Positions 8,538-18,927 of a stretch of DNA of 36,479 nt are shown piece after piece. Below the pieces are notes generated by a model. It ran no database searches. It saw nothing but the letters and a program-made list of their open reading frames with translations, and was not told where the DNA came from. Where the stretch lies: contig CANQRE010000003.1 in NCBI GenBank assembly GCA_947626175.1, positions 1 through 36,479 on the forward strand. The letters run 5' to 3'. Numbering within the stretch: the first letter of the stretch is position 1; each line of letters starts with the position of its first letter. This stretch comes from an uncultured Clostridia bacterium (lineage in GTDB: Bacteria > Bacillota > Clostridia > Christensenellales > UBA1242). Made by a program: the position numbers and the translations under genes.

Positions 8538-9008
8538 ATGCTTGACGCACTCGACAAAATGGGCCTACTTAAAAAAGAAAATGGCACAATAGATGAAAAA
8601 ACAAAAATCGTTTTATTACATATTTATAAATCTCGCTTGGAAGGCAAAAAAACTGATATAAAGGGGATTCTTAATCAGATAAATGCAAATGACATTTCGT
8701 CATATTCTCAGCTTTTGAGCAAGGATATTGACGGCCTTTTTTGTGACGGATTTGAAAGCGGAATCGAAAAAATGCACAACATGTTCAGGGAAAAACGCAT
8801 TCAAAGCGGCAGGGAACTTGGATATGGTGCCAGTCAAAAATTTGATGAAATTGAGCAAAGCATGGAAACGCTCAAACTTGTCACTGAAAGGTGCGGCGCA
8901 CTATGCGAAAGCGATGAGCAGACGGCGCTCAAGTTTTTGCCAAAGGCAACAAGATATATTGTTTCAAGTGAAATCCGTTATGGACAAGCAGACATTGAAA
9001 TAAATTGA
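8538..9008 (+). CDS. hypothetical protein (156 aa)
   Basis: GGAGG RBS before ATG 8538; the track's TTG start at 8484 coincides with the -35 box; no family recognised. Confidence 0.75.
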   Translation: MLDALDKMGLLKKENGTIDEKTKIVLLHIYKSRLEGKKTDIKGILNQINANDISSYSQLLSKDIDGLFCDGFESGIEKMHNMFREKRIQSGRELGYGASQKFDEIEQSMETLKLVTERCGALCESDEQTALKFLPKATRYIVSSEIRYGQADIEIN

Positions 9009-9025
9009 AAAAAACAAAAAATCGC

Positions 9026-9054
9026 TTGACAAATGTGGTTTATATATATAAAAT
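9026..9054 (+). promoter_or_regulatory. sigma-A promoter of rplM-rpsI
   Basis: TTGACA (9026-9031), 17 bp, TAAAAT (9049-9054). Confidence 0.85.
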
Positions 9055-9068
9055 ATAAAAGTCGCAAA

Positions 9069-9123
9069 ATGCCTAAGCGGTTTTTTCATTATATTAGCCC
9101 CATAACGAAAAAGGGTTTGGCAT
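9069..9123 (+). promoter_or_regulatory. putative L13/S9 autoregulatory leader hairpin
   Basis: The ~90-nt 5' UTR has an outer ATGCC/GGCAT pairing and an inner AGCCC/GGGTT pairing. L13 leaders are known in Bacillota; a match to the Rfam model was not verified. Confidence 0.45.
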
Positions 9124-9152
9124 GGCGTAAAATAACGGAGGAAACATTTCAC

Positions 9153-9596
9153 ATGAAAACTTACATGGCAAAGTCATCAGATGTTGTGCGAAAATGGTAT
9201 CTTATTGATGCAACAAATCTTCCACTTGGAAGGCTTGCAACAGCTGTGACTGATATTTTGACAGGAAAGAAAAAAACAATATACACTCCGCATGTTGACA
9301 CAGGAGATTTTGTTGTTGTTATCAACAGTGACAAAATGGTGCTCACTGGCAAGAAGATTGAAAAGAAAAAACTTGTTTGGCACACTGGTTACATTGGCGG
9401 ACTTAAAGAAGTTGGATATGACAAATTGATGCAAGAAAATTCCCCAAAAGCTCTTGAAAAAGCTGTAAAGGGTATGCTTCCAAAAACATCACTTGGCAGA
9501 AAGCAATTCACAAGGCTTCACATTTATAAAGGAGCTGAGCATGAACAAGCAGCTCAAAAGCCTGAACAAATTGTTGTAAAAGGAGCAAGAGAATAA
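9153..9596 (+). CDS. rplM: 50S ribosomal protein L13
   Basis: MKTYMAK...RKWYLIDA...LGRLA...[15 protein letters not shown]...GMLPK; GGAGG RBS upstream of ATG 9153. Confidence 0.98.
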   Translation: MKTYMAKSSDVVRKWYLIDATNLPLGRLATAVTDILTGKKKTIYTPHVDTGDFVVVINSDKMVLTGKKIEKKKLVWHTGYIGGLKEVGYDKLMQENSPKALEKAVKGMLPKTSLGRKQFTRLHIYKGAEHEQAAQKPEQIVVKGARE

Positions 9597-10012
9597 TGGC
9601 TGAGGGAAAAGTAACAAAAAAACAAGCAGTTGAATTTATTGCCACAGGCAGACGAAAAAGCTCAATTGCAAGGGTTAGAATGCAACCAGGAAAAGGCAAA
9701 ATCACAGTGAATGGTCGTGAAATCGGTGAATATCTTCAACGCGACACACTTTTGCTTGTTGCTTTGCAACCACTTGAAAAAGTTGGCGCAAGAGAAAAAT
9801 ATGATGTCACAATCAAATGTGATGGCGGCGGAATTGCTGGCCAAGCCGGAGCAATTTGCCACGGACTTGCAAGAGCACTTGTAAAAGCAAATGAAACTTA
9901 CAAAGCGGAGCTTAAGGAAGCTGGTTTCTTGACAAGAGACCCAAGAATGAAAGAAAGAAAGAAATATGGTCTCAAAAAGGCTAGAAAAGCACCACAATTC
10001 AGCAAACGTTAA
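9596..10012 (+). CDS. rpsI: 30S ribosomal protein S9
   Basis: [21 protein letters not shown] and [27 protein letters not shown]. Confidence 0.99.
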   Translation: MAEGKVTKKQAVEFIATGRRKSSIARVRMQPGKGKITVNGREIGEYLQRDTLLLVALQPLEKVGAREKYDVTIKCDGGGIAGQAGAICHGLARALVKANETYKAELKEAGFLTRDPRMKERKKYGLKKARKAPQFSKR

Positions 10013-10017
10013 TATAT

Positions 10018-10047
10018 AAAAATAGGCCATCTTTATGGTCTATTTTT
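10018..10047 (+). terminator. hairpin/terminator after rpsI
   Basis: AAAATAGGCCAT-cttt-ATGGTCTATTTT stem with T tail. Confidence 0.6.
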
Positions 10048-10064
10048 AAATTTTGGAGGAAATC

Positions 10065-10958
10065 ATGGTTTATGATTGTGTGATCGTTGGAGCCGGACCG
10101 GCAGGGCTTACTGCGGCGATATATCAAAAAAGGGCAAACAAAAACGTTCTTCTTTTGGAAAGATCGCTTTTTGGCGGCCAAGTTGCAACTTTGGGAAATA
10201 TTGAAAACTATCCAGGCTATGCAAGCATTGATGGCCCTTCGCTTGCCGAAAATTTTTATGCCCAAGCAAAAAAATTGCAAGTTCCAATCAAATATGATGA
10301 CATGCAAACAATAAAGGATGGCAAAATCAAACAAGTTGTTTGCAAAAAGCAAACCTACGAGGCAAAAAGTGTGATTCTTGCGCTTGGCTCAGTTTCGCGT
10401 GAACTTGCAGTTGAAGGCGAAAAGCAATTTTTTGGCAAGGGAGTGAGTTATTGTGCAACTTGCGATGGAGCTTTTTTCAAAGGCAAAAAAGTTGCTGTTG
10501 TGGGATCGGGTGACAGTGCAGTTGCAAGTGCGTTATATCTAAAAAACATTTGCGGCGAAGTTGTTATCATTTCAAAATATCCTGAGCTTAAACTAAAGTC
10601 ATATCAGCCAAACATAATGGAAAGGCTGGAAGGAATAAAAATTTATTATGGAGCAATGATCAAAAAAATCATTGGCACTGACAAAGTTGAAGGTGTTGAG
10701 CTTTCATCCTTAAAAAGACCGCTCAAACTTGACGGCGTGTTCGTCACAATTGGCAGACGTCCTGACACAGACGGCCTTAAGGGTGTTTTGGAACTGGACG
10801 AAAAGGGATATATCATCACAGATGAGCAAATGCACACATCAATCAAAGGGGTGTATGCGTGCGGCGATGTTCGCTCAAAGGCAATAAAGCAAATTGTCAC
10901 TGCGGCGGCATCGGGAGCAGTTGCTTCCACCAAAGCAATGGAAGAAATGGAAGAGTGA
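10065..10958 (+). CDS. trxB: thioredoxin-disulfide reductase
   Basis: GAGPAG, IENYPG, active site GVSYCATCDG, GSGDSA and GVYACGD; GGAGG RBS before ATG 10065. Confidence 0.93.
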   Translation: MVYDCVIVGAGPAGLTAAIYQKRANKNVLLLERSLFGGQVATLGNIENYPGYASIDGPSLAENFYAQAKKLQVPIKYDDMQTIKDGKIKQVVCKKQTYEAKSVILALGSVSRELAVEGEKQFFGKGVSYCATCDGAFFKGKKVAVVGSGDSAVASALYLKNICGEVVIISKYPELKLKSYQPNIMERLEGIKIYYGAMIKKIIGTDKVEGVELSSLKRPLKLDGVFVTIGRRPDTDGLKGVLELDEKGYIITDEQMHTSIKGVYACGDVRSKAIKQIVTAAASGAVASTKAMEEMEE

Positions 10959-11055
10959 TTTACAAAATTGACAAAATATATTTTTTAATAACCAAAGAAG
11001 GATTTTAAAAAATTGTCGAGTATAATATATATTGAAAAAACAAATTAGAGGAAAG

Positions 11056-12816
11056 TTGTTGAACACAAGAGGATTGTCGCCCGAGTGGCTGGATGAACTA
11101 AAAAGAAAAAATGACATTGTGAGTGTTGTTTCAAAATATGTGTCGCTTGAGCAGCGAGGGAGCAAATTTTGGGGATGTTGTCCATTTCATCACGAAAAAA
11201 CTCCTTCTTTTTGTGTTGACCAATATGAAGGGCTATATCATTGCTTTGGCTGCAAGGAAGGCGGCGATGTTATAACTTTTGTTGAAAAAATGGAAAGCTG
11301 TGATTTTCAAGAAGCAATCACAAGGCTTGCCGAAAATGCAAAGATGCAAGTTCCGCATTTTTCAACAGATGAAAATGTCATGAAAATGAAAAAGGAAAAG
11401 GACATTGCCTTAAACATCTTGGCGGAAAGCGCAAAACATTATCATGAAAACTTGTATAAAAAGGAAGCCAGGCCTGCTCAGGAATACATAAAACAACGTG
11501 GCTTCACACGGCATGAGCTTGAAGATTTTATGATTGGCTATTCTTTGAGCTGGACTGAACTTATCAAATTTTTGCAAAGCAAAGGATACACAAAGGATCA
11601 GCTCATAATGTCGGGTGTTGCACAAAGCAAGGAAGGGCTTTATGATGCCATGGGCGAACGACTTGTTTTTCCAATATTCAACTCGTTTGGCGAATGTATT
11701 GGCTTTTCGGCGCGAGTGCTTGGCAAAACAGATTTTGCAAAATATAAAAACACACCTGAAACAATTGTCTTCAAAAAAAGTAAGGTGATTTTTGGAATTC
11801 ACCTTCTCAAAAAGCTAAAACAAGAAAAGGGCTTAAAAAACATTGTGCTTGTTGAAGGGCAAATAGATGTCATTTCGATGCACCGATGGGGTTTCAAAAA
11901 TGCCGTGGCGTTTTTAGGAACAGCGCTCACAAACGAACATGCAAGGGAGCTTAAAAAACTTGCAGATGAAGTTATATTGTGTTTTGACGGTGATGAAGCG
12001 GGAATAAAGGCAACTCTTAGATCAATCGACATACTCCGCAATGAAAATTTGTCCGTCAAAGTTGTAAGGCTTGAAAACGGAAAGGACCCTGATGAAACAT
12101 TAAAGGAAGAGGGCGGCAAGGAAAAAATGCAAAAGCTTTTGGACAATGCTTTGCCTGTTCTTGATTATTATATCGAATATGAAAAATCCAAAGTAGATTT
12201 AAAAAAGCCCGATGAAAAAGCAAAATTTGTGACCAACATTTTGGCAAGGCTGAAAGGCTTTTCGCAGCCTGAGCAGGAAGCATATTTGCCAAAAATTCGG
12301 GATGTATGCTCGGTGCCAATCGATGTTTTAAGACGTAATTTGGGCATAAACATCATGCCAACGTTTGAAAAAGAGGACAAGCCCGTTTTAACGAGCAGAA
12401 TAAATGGAAATAAACGAGCAGAAACATTTGTTCTTGCAAGCAAATTGCACAAAAAAGATTATGTAAATCAAAAAATAGATTTAAAAAAGCTGATAGATGG
12501 CAGGGACAAGGAAATTGAAACAATTTGCTCAGTTCCAAGGCTTTCAATGCTATATGACATTGTGGATGTTGAAGCTGATGAGTTTTGGAAAGATATTGTG
12601 CACTTCAATTTCAGCTCAGTCAAATCAAGCGAAGCGCAATATTATTCTGAATGCTTGTGGACACTGGCAGAAGAAAAACTGAAAAACAAAAAGGAAGGTT
12701 TGATGGAGCAATACAAACGCTCACAAAACTTGGAAGAAAGGCGAAATCTTTTGATCAGCGCTCAACTGATTGACAAAAAGATAAAAGAAAAAAATTTGGA
12801 GGACTTTTATGCTTGA
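11056..12816 (+). CDS. dnaG: DNA primase
   Basis: Zinc finger [11 protein letters not shown]...[32 protein letters not shown] and KDPDE. The TTG start is uncertain (11032, 11056 or 11059). Confidence 0.97.
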   Translation: MLNTRGLSPEWLDELKRKNDIVSVVSKYVSLEQRGSKFWGCCPFHHEKTPSFCVDQYEGLYHCFGCKEGGDVITFVEKMESCDFQEAITRLAENAKMQVPHFSTDENVMKMKKEKDIALNILAESAKHYHENLYKKEARPAQEYIKQRGFTRHELEDFMIGYSLSWTELIKFLQSKGYTKDQLIMSGVAQSKEGLYDAMGERLVFPIFNSFGECIGFSARVLGKTDFAKYKNTPETIVFKKSKVIFGIHLLKKLKQEKGLKNIVLVEGQIDVISMHRWGFKNAVAFLGTALTNEHARELKKLADEVILCFDGDEAGIKATLRSIDILRNENLSVKVVRLENGKDPDETLKEEGGKEKMQKLLDNALPVLDYYIEYEKSKVDLKKPDEKAKFVTNILARLKGFSQPEQEAYLPKIRDVCSVPIDVLRRNLGINIMPTFEKEDKPVLTSRINGNKRAETFVLASKLHKKDYVNQKIDLKKLIDGRDKEIETICSVPRLSMLYDIVDVEADEFWKDIVHFNFSSVKSSEAQYYSECLWTLAEEKLKNKKEGLMEQYKRSQNLEERRNLLISAQLIDKKIKEKNLEDFYA

Positions 12817-13873
12817 CAAAAAAGCGGAAGCGGAATTTAAAAGAATTACTGATTTGGCACAAAAAAAGGGATCGGTGAATGAAGATGACATATATTACAG
12901 AATTTTGAAATATGATGTGTCGCCGGAAGACATTCATGAGTTCATTCAAAAGCTTGAGCAGCTTGGCATAAGAGTTATCCGTTCAAATGATGACGATGAT
13001 TTGGCAAAAGATGACTTTTCTGACATAATGCCAGAATATGGCGTTGATGATCCTGTGAAAATATATTTAAAGGACATTGGCAAAGTTCCACTTTTGACAA
13101 GCGAACAAGAAAAAGAACTTGCGCAAAAAATTATGCAAGGGGATGAATATGCAAAAGCAAAGTTTTGCGAAGCCAATCTTCGTTTGGTTGTCAGCGTTGC
13201 AAAAAAATGGGCATCGCGAGCATCGTCACTTTCGTTTTTGGATTTGATTCAGGAAGGCAATCTTGGGCTTTTGAAAGCGGTGGAAAGGTTTGATTATTCC
13301 AAAGGCTTCAAATTTTCAACATATGCCACATGGTGGATTCGCCAAAGCATAACAAGAGCAATTGCGGATCAATCAAGAACAATTCGAATTCCTGTTCACA
13401 TGGTTGAAACAATCAACAAAGCGCAAAGGGTGGTTCGTCAACTCACTCAAAAACTTTGCCGCGAACCGACCACTGAAGAAATTGCCGCTGAAATGGGAAT
13501 TCCTGAAAGCAAAGTGATTGAAATTCAAAAAATAGGGCTTGATCCTGTTTCGCTTGAAACGCCAATTGGCGAGGAAGAGGACAGCAAGCTGACGGACATA
13601 ATTGTGGACGAAACAGTCAAATCTCCAATTGAAGTTGCAACGCAATCTCTTCTTCGTGAGCAGCTTTTGGCTGTGATTGACACTCTCACTCCAAGAGAGC
13701 AGGAAGTCATAAGGCAAAGATATGGCCTAAAGGACGGCAGAGCAAAAACTTTGGAAGAAGTGGGAAAGGAGTTCAAAGTCACTCGTGAGCGTATCCGTCA
13801 AATTGAGGCAAAGGCTTTAAGAAAACTCAAAAACCCAAACCGCAGCAAAAAGCTTGCTGATTTTATGGACTAA
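12809..13873 (+). CDS. rpoD: RNA polymerase primary sigma factor (SigA/RpoD)
   Basis: [43 protein letters not shown] and [17 protein letters not shown]. Confidence 0.98.
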   Translation: MLDKKAEAEFKRITDLAQKKGSVNEDDIYYRILKYDVSPEDIHEFIQKLEQLGIRVIRSNDDDDLAKDDFSDIMPEYGVDDPVKIYLKDIGKVPLLTSEQEKELAQKIMQGDEYAKAKFCEANLRLVVSVAKKWASRASSLSFLDLIQEGNLGLLKAVERFDYSKGFKFSTYATWWIRQSITRAIADQSRTIRIPVHMVETINKAQRVVRQLTQKLCREPTTEEIAAEMGIPESKVIEIQKIGLDPVSLETPIGEEEDSKLTDIIVDETVKSPIEVATQSLLREQLLAVIDTLTPREQEVIRQRYGLKDGRAKTLEEVGKEFKVTRERIRQIEAKALRKLKNPNRSKKLADFMD

Positions 13874-13886
13874 AAGGAGAAGTAAC

Positions 13887-14585
13887 ATGGATTTAAAAAA
13901 CATATTGGCATATCAAAGCGTTGACGCCAAATTGTTTGACCTTGAAAATGAACTAAGCCAAGATCAAAACAAACAAAAATGCAATATGCTCAATCAAACA
14001 GCAAAGTCGTCACAGCAAAAATCCAGCCAACTTGAAGAACAGGCAGGTCAAGTTTTGCGCGAGATGGACGAGCTTAAAAAAACAATGGATGTAACAATCA
14101 AAAAAGGTGAGCAGCTTGTTTCAACTCAAATTGAAACTCTTTCAGTTGACCAGCTAAATGAAAAACTTGCCTTAAAGGACAAAGTAAATCAAAATCTAAC
14201 TCTTCTTGACAAAAGGCTAACAAAGCTTGCGGAAAACATAAACGCCATACTTGCCGAGTTCAACAGAACAATAAAGGTGTATAATTCCGCCAAGCAGGAT
14301 TATCAAAAGTTTCGTGCTGCGTATGACAAACATTTGGCAGAAGTTCAGCCAAAAATTGATGATGTGAAAAAAGAACTTGAAAAATTGCAAAAAACTGTTG
14401 AGCCAAAAATAATGCAAACATATCTTGCAAAAAGGGCGGACAAAATTTTCCCAGTGCTTGTCAAACTTGATGGAAACACTTGTGGAAGATGCCGAATGGA
14501 ACTTTCCGCATCAGCCATCAACAAGCTTAAGGAAGACAAAATTTTGCAATGTGAACATTGCCACAGAATTATATATTTTGATTAA
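13887..14585 (+). CDS. coiled-coil protein with C-terminal C4 zinc ribbon (DUF164/zf-RING_7 type)
   Basis: Long heptad region followed by CGRCRMEL...CEHCHRIIY; AGGAG RBS before ATG 13887. Confidence 0.88.
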   Translation: MDLKNILAYQSVDAKLFDLENELSQDQNKQKCNMLNQTAKSSQQKSSQLEEQAGQVLREMDELKKTMDVTIKKGEQLVSTQIETLSVDQLNEKLALKDKVNQNLTLLDKRLTKLAENINAILAEFNRTIKVYNSAKQDYQKFRAAYDKHLAEVQPKIDDVKKELEKLQKTVEPKIMQTYLAKRADKIFPVLVKLDGNTCGRCRMELSASAINKLKEDKILQCEHCHRIIYFD

Positions 14586-14621
14586 AAAAAACTGCAAATT
14601 TCAAAAATTTGCAGTTTTTTT
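14584..14621. terminator. bidirectional terminator between convergent genes
   Basis: AAAAAAACTGCAAATTT-caa-AAATTTGCAGTTTTTTT perfect stem. Confidence 0.85.
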
Positions 14622-14649
14622 GCACTTTTTTAACAAAAAACAGGCGTTT

Positions 14650-15792
14650 TTATGTTAATTTTTGCCTTTTAACAAGTGTTCTTAAAGCCAGCACAAGTTT
14701 TTGAACATCTGAAAAAGATGAAAAATATGAAAGCGAAACTCTGACAGCCCCCTGATCCAAAAGCCCAAGTGCTTCGTGTTTTTTTGCTGCGCAGTGATAG
14801 CCGCCGCGCACACAAATTCCCCATTTTTCATCAAGGAAAGTGGCAACTTCGGTTGAGTGAAGTGAAGGAACGTTAAATGCAAAAACGCCTTTTGCATTTT
14901 CTGTTGTTGTGTAAATGTTGATTGGAAGTGATGAAAGTTCATAGTGCAAAAATGTTGTCAAATCATCGAGATGCTCCCTGATTGCATCAAAGTTTTCATT
15001 CACAAAATCAATCCCGCCGCCTAACGCCAAAATTGCAGGGGTGGGAAGAGTTCCAACTTCAAATCTCTCAGGCGCGCCCAATGGCTGAACAAGTTCAAGC
15101 GAGTTTGTGCCAGTTCCGCCAAACATTGTTGGCTCAATGATATCGGGATTTTTTGCAAGCAAAACTCCAAGGCCTTGCAAAGCATAAAAGCCTTTGTGGG
15201 GAGCAAGGGTCAAAAAGTCAATGCCAAAATTTTTCATATCAATTTTTTCATGTCCGGCACTTTGTGCTCCGTCAACCAAAAACAGAATATCTTTTTCTTT
15301 GCACATTTTTCCAACACCTTCAATGTCGCAGGTGTCGCCGTTGACATTTGAAATGTGGTTGCAAATCACAAGATATGTGTTTGGCCGCAAGCATTTTTCA
15401 ATGTCTTGCCTTGTCAGTATTCCAGGGCTTGATTGTTTTGCAACTGTGTAGTCAATCACTCCATTTGTTTTCAAATGTTCCAGCACTCTCAAAACAGAGT
15501 TGTGATCGTTTTCAGTGCAAACAACGTGCCCGCCTTTTTTTACTGTGCCCAAAATTGCTTCGTTGAGCGCGGCAGAACAACTTGCGGTGAAAAGAACGTT
15601 GTTTTCATTTCCAAGGTTAAACATGTCGCTCAGTTTTTTTCTCACCGAGCAAACTTCCACCGCTGCGGCAATGCTTTGTTTGTGACCACTTCTTCCAGGG
15701 TTGGCGGCAAATTTGGTCATTGCCAAATTCACTGCACGCAAAACTTGTTTTGGTTTTACAAAGGTTGATGAGCTGTTGTCAAGGTAAATCAT
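14650..15792 (-). CDS. cysteine desulfurase family, class V PLP-dependent enzyme
   Basis: MIYLDNS, ANPGRSGH, HNSV, HISNVNG, DGAQSAG, APHKG (PLP Lys), FGGTG and RGGYHCA. Confidence 0.92.
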   Translation of the reverse strand: MIYLDNSSSTFVKPKQVLRAVNLAMTKFAANPGRSGHKQSIAAAVEVCSVRKKLSDMFNLGNENNVLFTASCSAALNEAILGTVKKGGHVVCTENDHNSVLRVLEHLKTNGVIDYTVAKQSSPGILTRQDIEKCLRPNTYLVICNHISNVNGDTCDIEGVGKMCKEKDILFLVDGAQSAGHEKIDMKNFGIDFLTLAPHKGFYALQGLGVLLAKNPDIIEPTMFGGTGTNSLELVQPLGAPERFEVGTLPTPAILALGGGIDFVNENFDAIREHLDDLTTFLHYELSSLPINIYTTTENAKGVFAFNVPSLHSTEVATFLDEKWGICVRGGYHCAAKKHEALGLLDQGAVRVSLSYFSSFSDVQKLVLALRTLVKRQKLT

Positions 15793-15861
15793 ATTCGAAC
15801 AAAATCTCCTATAAAAAAATATATTGACCATGGAGAGAATTGGTGAATATGGAGAAAAATT

Positions 15862-16083
15862 ATGAGCTATGTGTATGCGGTTTTCACATCAAGAAACGAA
15901 ACTCTTTCCTTTGCTTCTCAACTTAAAAGTGCCATGATTCCATGTGCAATTTCATCAACTCCAAAGTCAGCTGGAAGGGCGTGCGGCATATCAGTTCGCT
16001 TTGCAAAGGATTATTTGATGATTGTGAAAAGCAAGTTTTCATTTGCTTATTACAAAACCTTTAAGGGCTTTTATGAAGCATGA
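15862..16083 (+). CDS. DUF3343-like small protein (putative S/Se carrier)
   Basis: F-x-S...TPK...CGISVRF pattern, 73 aa, adjacent to a desulfurase as is usual for the family. Confidence 0.75.
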   Translation: MSYVYAVFTSRNETLSFASQLKSAMIPCAISSTPKSAGRACGISVRFAKDYLMIVKSKFSFAYYKTFKGFYEA

Positions 16084-16195
16084 CGATTTTCAATAATATG
16101 TCAAAAAAATGTGCAAAAAGTGGCAAAAAAACGTTAAAAAAGTCAAAAAATCAGCAATTAGGCGTAAAAATCAAATAATTTCATAACATAGCAAT

Positions 16196-16747
16196 ATGAA
16201 AAAACATTCTTTGAGTGTGATGGCTGTTTGCCATCTTTTGGTGGCGGCAACAGTTGTTGTTTGTTTGATTGGAGTTTGCTTGTTATATGGCATAATTTAT
16301 CCAACAGCGCACAAAAAGGAAATAACATTTTATGCCAATCGTTTTTTTGTTGAGCCGCCACTTGTTTTTGCAATAATAAATGTGGAAAGTTCGTTTGATG
16401 AAAAAGCGGTGTCAAAAAAAGGGGCGATTGGGCTTATGCAGCTGCTGCCCCAAACAGCCGCTTTGATGGCGGAAAAACTAAATGAAAATTTTTCACAGGA
16501 CAAACTTTTTGAAAGTGACACAAACATAAAATATGGTTGCATGTATCTTTCAATGCTGTTATCTTCGTTTGAAACAGATGAAGCCATTTGTGCATATAAT
16601 GCCGGTCCAACAAAAGTGAGAACGTGGCTGCAAAACAAAGATTATTCGTCTGACGGAAAGCATTTGTCAAAAATTCCGTATTTGGAAACAAAAGAATATC
16701 TTAAAAAAGTCAAAAAAAATTTAAGGTTTTATCAAAACAAATTGTAA
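16196..16747 (+). CDS. lytic transglycosylase (SLT domain) with N-terminal membrane anchor
   Basis: AIINVESSF (catalytic Glu), GAIGLMQL, NIKYGCMYL, AYNAG and ETKEYLKKV. Confidence 0.93.
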   Translation: MKKHSLSVMAVCHLLVAATVVVCLIGVCLLYGIIYPTAHKKEITFYANRFFVEPPLVFAIINVESSFDEKAVSKKGAIGLMQLLPQTAALMAEKLNENFSQDKLFESDTNIKYGCMYLSMLLSSFETDEAICAYNAGPTKVRTWLQNKDYSSDGKHLSKIPYLETKEYLKKVKKNLRFYQNKL

Positions 16748-16753
16748 TTAAAG

Positions 16754-16782
16754 TTGACAAATTGCTTTGTTTTTGCTAGTCT
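16754..16782 (+). promoter_or_regulatory. putative sigma-A promoter of lysS-nth-obgE
   Basis: TTGACA at 16754, 17 bp, TAGTCT, with extended TG. Confidence 0.55.
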
Positions 16783-16810
16783 TTTTGCAAGGAAAACAAG
16801 GAGACAGAAA

Positions 16811-18274
16811 ATGGCAGAAACAAACAATCTTTCAAATGAAATCGATGTGAGAAGGAACAAAATTCTTTCGCTCAAACAATCGGGCGAAGTTGTTTACAAA
16901 GCAAAGTTTGACCGCACCGCAACAATAGCTCAGGCAAGAGAAATGCTTGGGAAAAAAGTTGCAATTGCCGGCAGAATGATTTTTCGCAGGGTAATGGGCA
17001 AATTTGGCTTTATGCAAATTCGCGACATCTATTCGGCAATTCAAGTTTCGGTGGGCAGAAATGAGCTTGACGAGCAAGCGTATGACTTTTATAAAAAAAT
17101 GATTGACATTGGCGACTTTGTTGGCGTGGAAGGCGAGGTTTACACAACACAAACTGGCGAAATAACTGTAAGGGCTGAAAAGGTCACTCTTTTGTCAAAG
17201 GCACTTCGTCCTCTTCCAGAAAAGTTCCATGGCCTTAGCGATATTGAAACAAAATATCGTCAACGCTATCTTGACCTTATTTCAAATGAAGATGCCAGAA
17301 AGGTGTTTTTGACCAGAAGCAAAATCGAATCTTTTATTCGCCGCTATCTTGAAGACGAAGGCTTTATTGAAGTTGAAACTCCGGTCCTTCAAACAAGTGT
17401 TTCTGGGGCAAGTGCAAAGCCATTTTTCACTCATCACAATGCCCTTGACATTGATTGCAATTTGCGTATTGCAACTGAAACGTGGCTCAAACAGTGCATA
17501 GCTGGTGGAATTGACAGAGTTTTTGAAATGGGCAAGGATTTTCGAAATGAAGGCATGGATCCATCGCATCTTCAAGAGTTCACGCAAGTTGAGTGGTATG
17601 CTTCATATTGGGATTTTGAGGACAACATAAAGTTTTACAAAGACCTTGTTGTCAAAATGCTCAAAAGTTGCCTTGGCACAACAAAAGTAACATATCAAGG
17701 CCGCGAAATCGAATTTGACAAAGAGTGGCCACGAATTGATTATGTGGATTCAATGCGCAAAATTTTGGGCTTTGACTTTTTGAGCGAAACAAACATTGAT
17801 GCTTTCAAGAAAAAAGTTGTTGAAAAAGGGCTGTTTGGCTATAACGAACTTGAAGAGTGCAAAACAATCCGCACACTTATTGATTACATTTACAAGCGCA
17901 AAATCAGAGCGGACATTGTTGAGCCAACAATTATATATAACTATCCTGCAGTGCTTATGCCGCTTGCAAGACGAAATGATGGCGACTCAAGAATTATTGA
18001 TGCCTTCCAAATTGTTGCTGGGGGAGCGGAGCTTGCAAAAGCATATTCCGAACTTGTTGACCCAATCACACAGCGTCAAACTTTGGAAGAGCAGCTTGAA
18101 GAAAAGGCAAGCGGAGATGACGAAACAATGGACGTTGATGAAGATTTCCTTCTTGCAATGGAACATGGAATGCCGCCAATCAGCGGTCTTGGATTTGGAA
18201 TTGACAGGTTTGTTCAGTTTATCTTTGACCTTCCAAACATTCGTGATGCGGTTTTGTTCCCACTTATGAGGTAA
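16811..18274 (+). CDS. lysS: lysine--tRNA ligase (class II)
   Basis: RPLPEKFHGL, YRQRYLDL, EVETPVL, FRNEG, AYSELVDP and HGMPPISGLGFGIDR; AGGAG RBS before ATG 16811. Confidence 0.98.
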   Translation: MAETNNLSNEIDVRRNKILSLKQSGEVVYKAKFDRTATIAQAREMLGKKVAIAGRMIFRRVMGKFGFMQIRDIYSAIQVSVGRNELDEQAYDFYKKMIDIGDFVGVEGEVYTTQTGEITVRAEKVTLLSKALRPLPEKFHGLSDIETKYRQRYLDLISNEDARKVFLTRSKIESFIRRYLEDEGFIEVETPVLQTSVSGASAKPFFTHHNALDIDCNLRIATETWLKQCIAGGIDRVFEMGKDFRNEGMDPSHLQEFTQVEWYASYWDFEDNIKFYKDLVVKMLKSCLGTTKVTYQGREIEFDKEWPRIDYVDSMRKILGFDFLSETNIDAFKKKVVEKGLFGYNELEECKTIRTLIDYIYKRKIRADIVEPTIIYNYPAVLMPLARRNDGDSRIIDAFQIVAGGAELAKAYSELVDPITQRQTLEEQLEEKASGDDETMDVDEDFLLAMEHGMPPISGLGFGIDRFVQFIFDLPNIRDAVLFPLMR

Positions 18275-18275
18275 T

Positions 18276-18911
18276 ATGACAAGGTCACAAATAGTAAAAA
18301 ATTTTAATGAGCTTTATCCTGATGCAAAGTGCGAACTAAATTATTCGTCGCCATATCAGCTTTTGGTGGCGGTGATTTTGTCGGCGCAATGCACGGACAA
18401 AAGGGTTAATATCGTCACAAGTGAGCTGTTCAAGGAGTATGACACTCCGCAAAAAATGATAACTCTTTCAAACAGTGATTTGGAGCAAAAAATTCATTCA
18501 TGCGGATTTTATCACAACAAAGCACAAAACATTTTGTCAATGTCAAAGGAGCTTGTAAACAAGTTTGATGGACAAGTTCCCGATGATTTTGAAGTGCTTT
18601 GCACTCTTGCAGGCGTTGGCAGAAAAACTGCAAATGTGATGCTTTCCGAAGCGTTCAAAAAGCCGGGATTTGCTGTTGACACTCACGTTTTAAGGGTTTC
18701 AAACAGGCTTGGTCTTGCGCACAGCCTTGATCCAAACAAAGTTGAACTTGAACTTAAAAAGTTTTTCAAAAAAAAGGATTGGTCAAGGCTTCATTTTCAA
18801 ATGGTGCTTTTTGGCAGATACAAATGCAAGGCAAAAAATCCATCTTGCTCGGGCTGTCCATTCCAGAGCATATGTTCATATTATAAAACTTTGGCAAAAG
18901 TGAAATCATAA
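18276..18911 (+). CDS. nth: endonuclease III
   Basis: LSAQCTD, HhH LAGVGRKTAN, VDTHV and Fe-S motif CKAKNPSCSGCPFQSIC. Confidence 0.97.
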   Translation: MTRSQIVKNFNELYPDAKCELNYSSPYQLLVAVILSAQCTDKRVNIVTSELFKEYDTPQKMITLSNSDLEQKIHSCGFYHNKAQNILSMSKELVNKFDGQVPDDFEVLCTLAGVGRKTANVMLSEAFKKPGFAVDTHVLRVSNRLGLAHSLDPNKVELELKKFFKKKDWSRLHFQMVLFGRYKCKAKNPSCSGCPFQSICSYYKTLAKVKS

Positions 18912-18927
18912 TTCAAATGGAGAAAAT

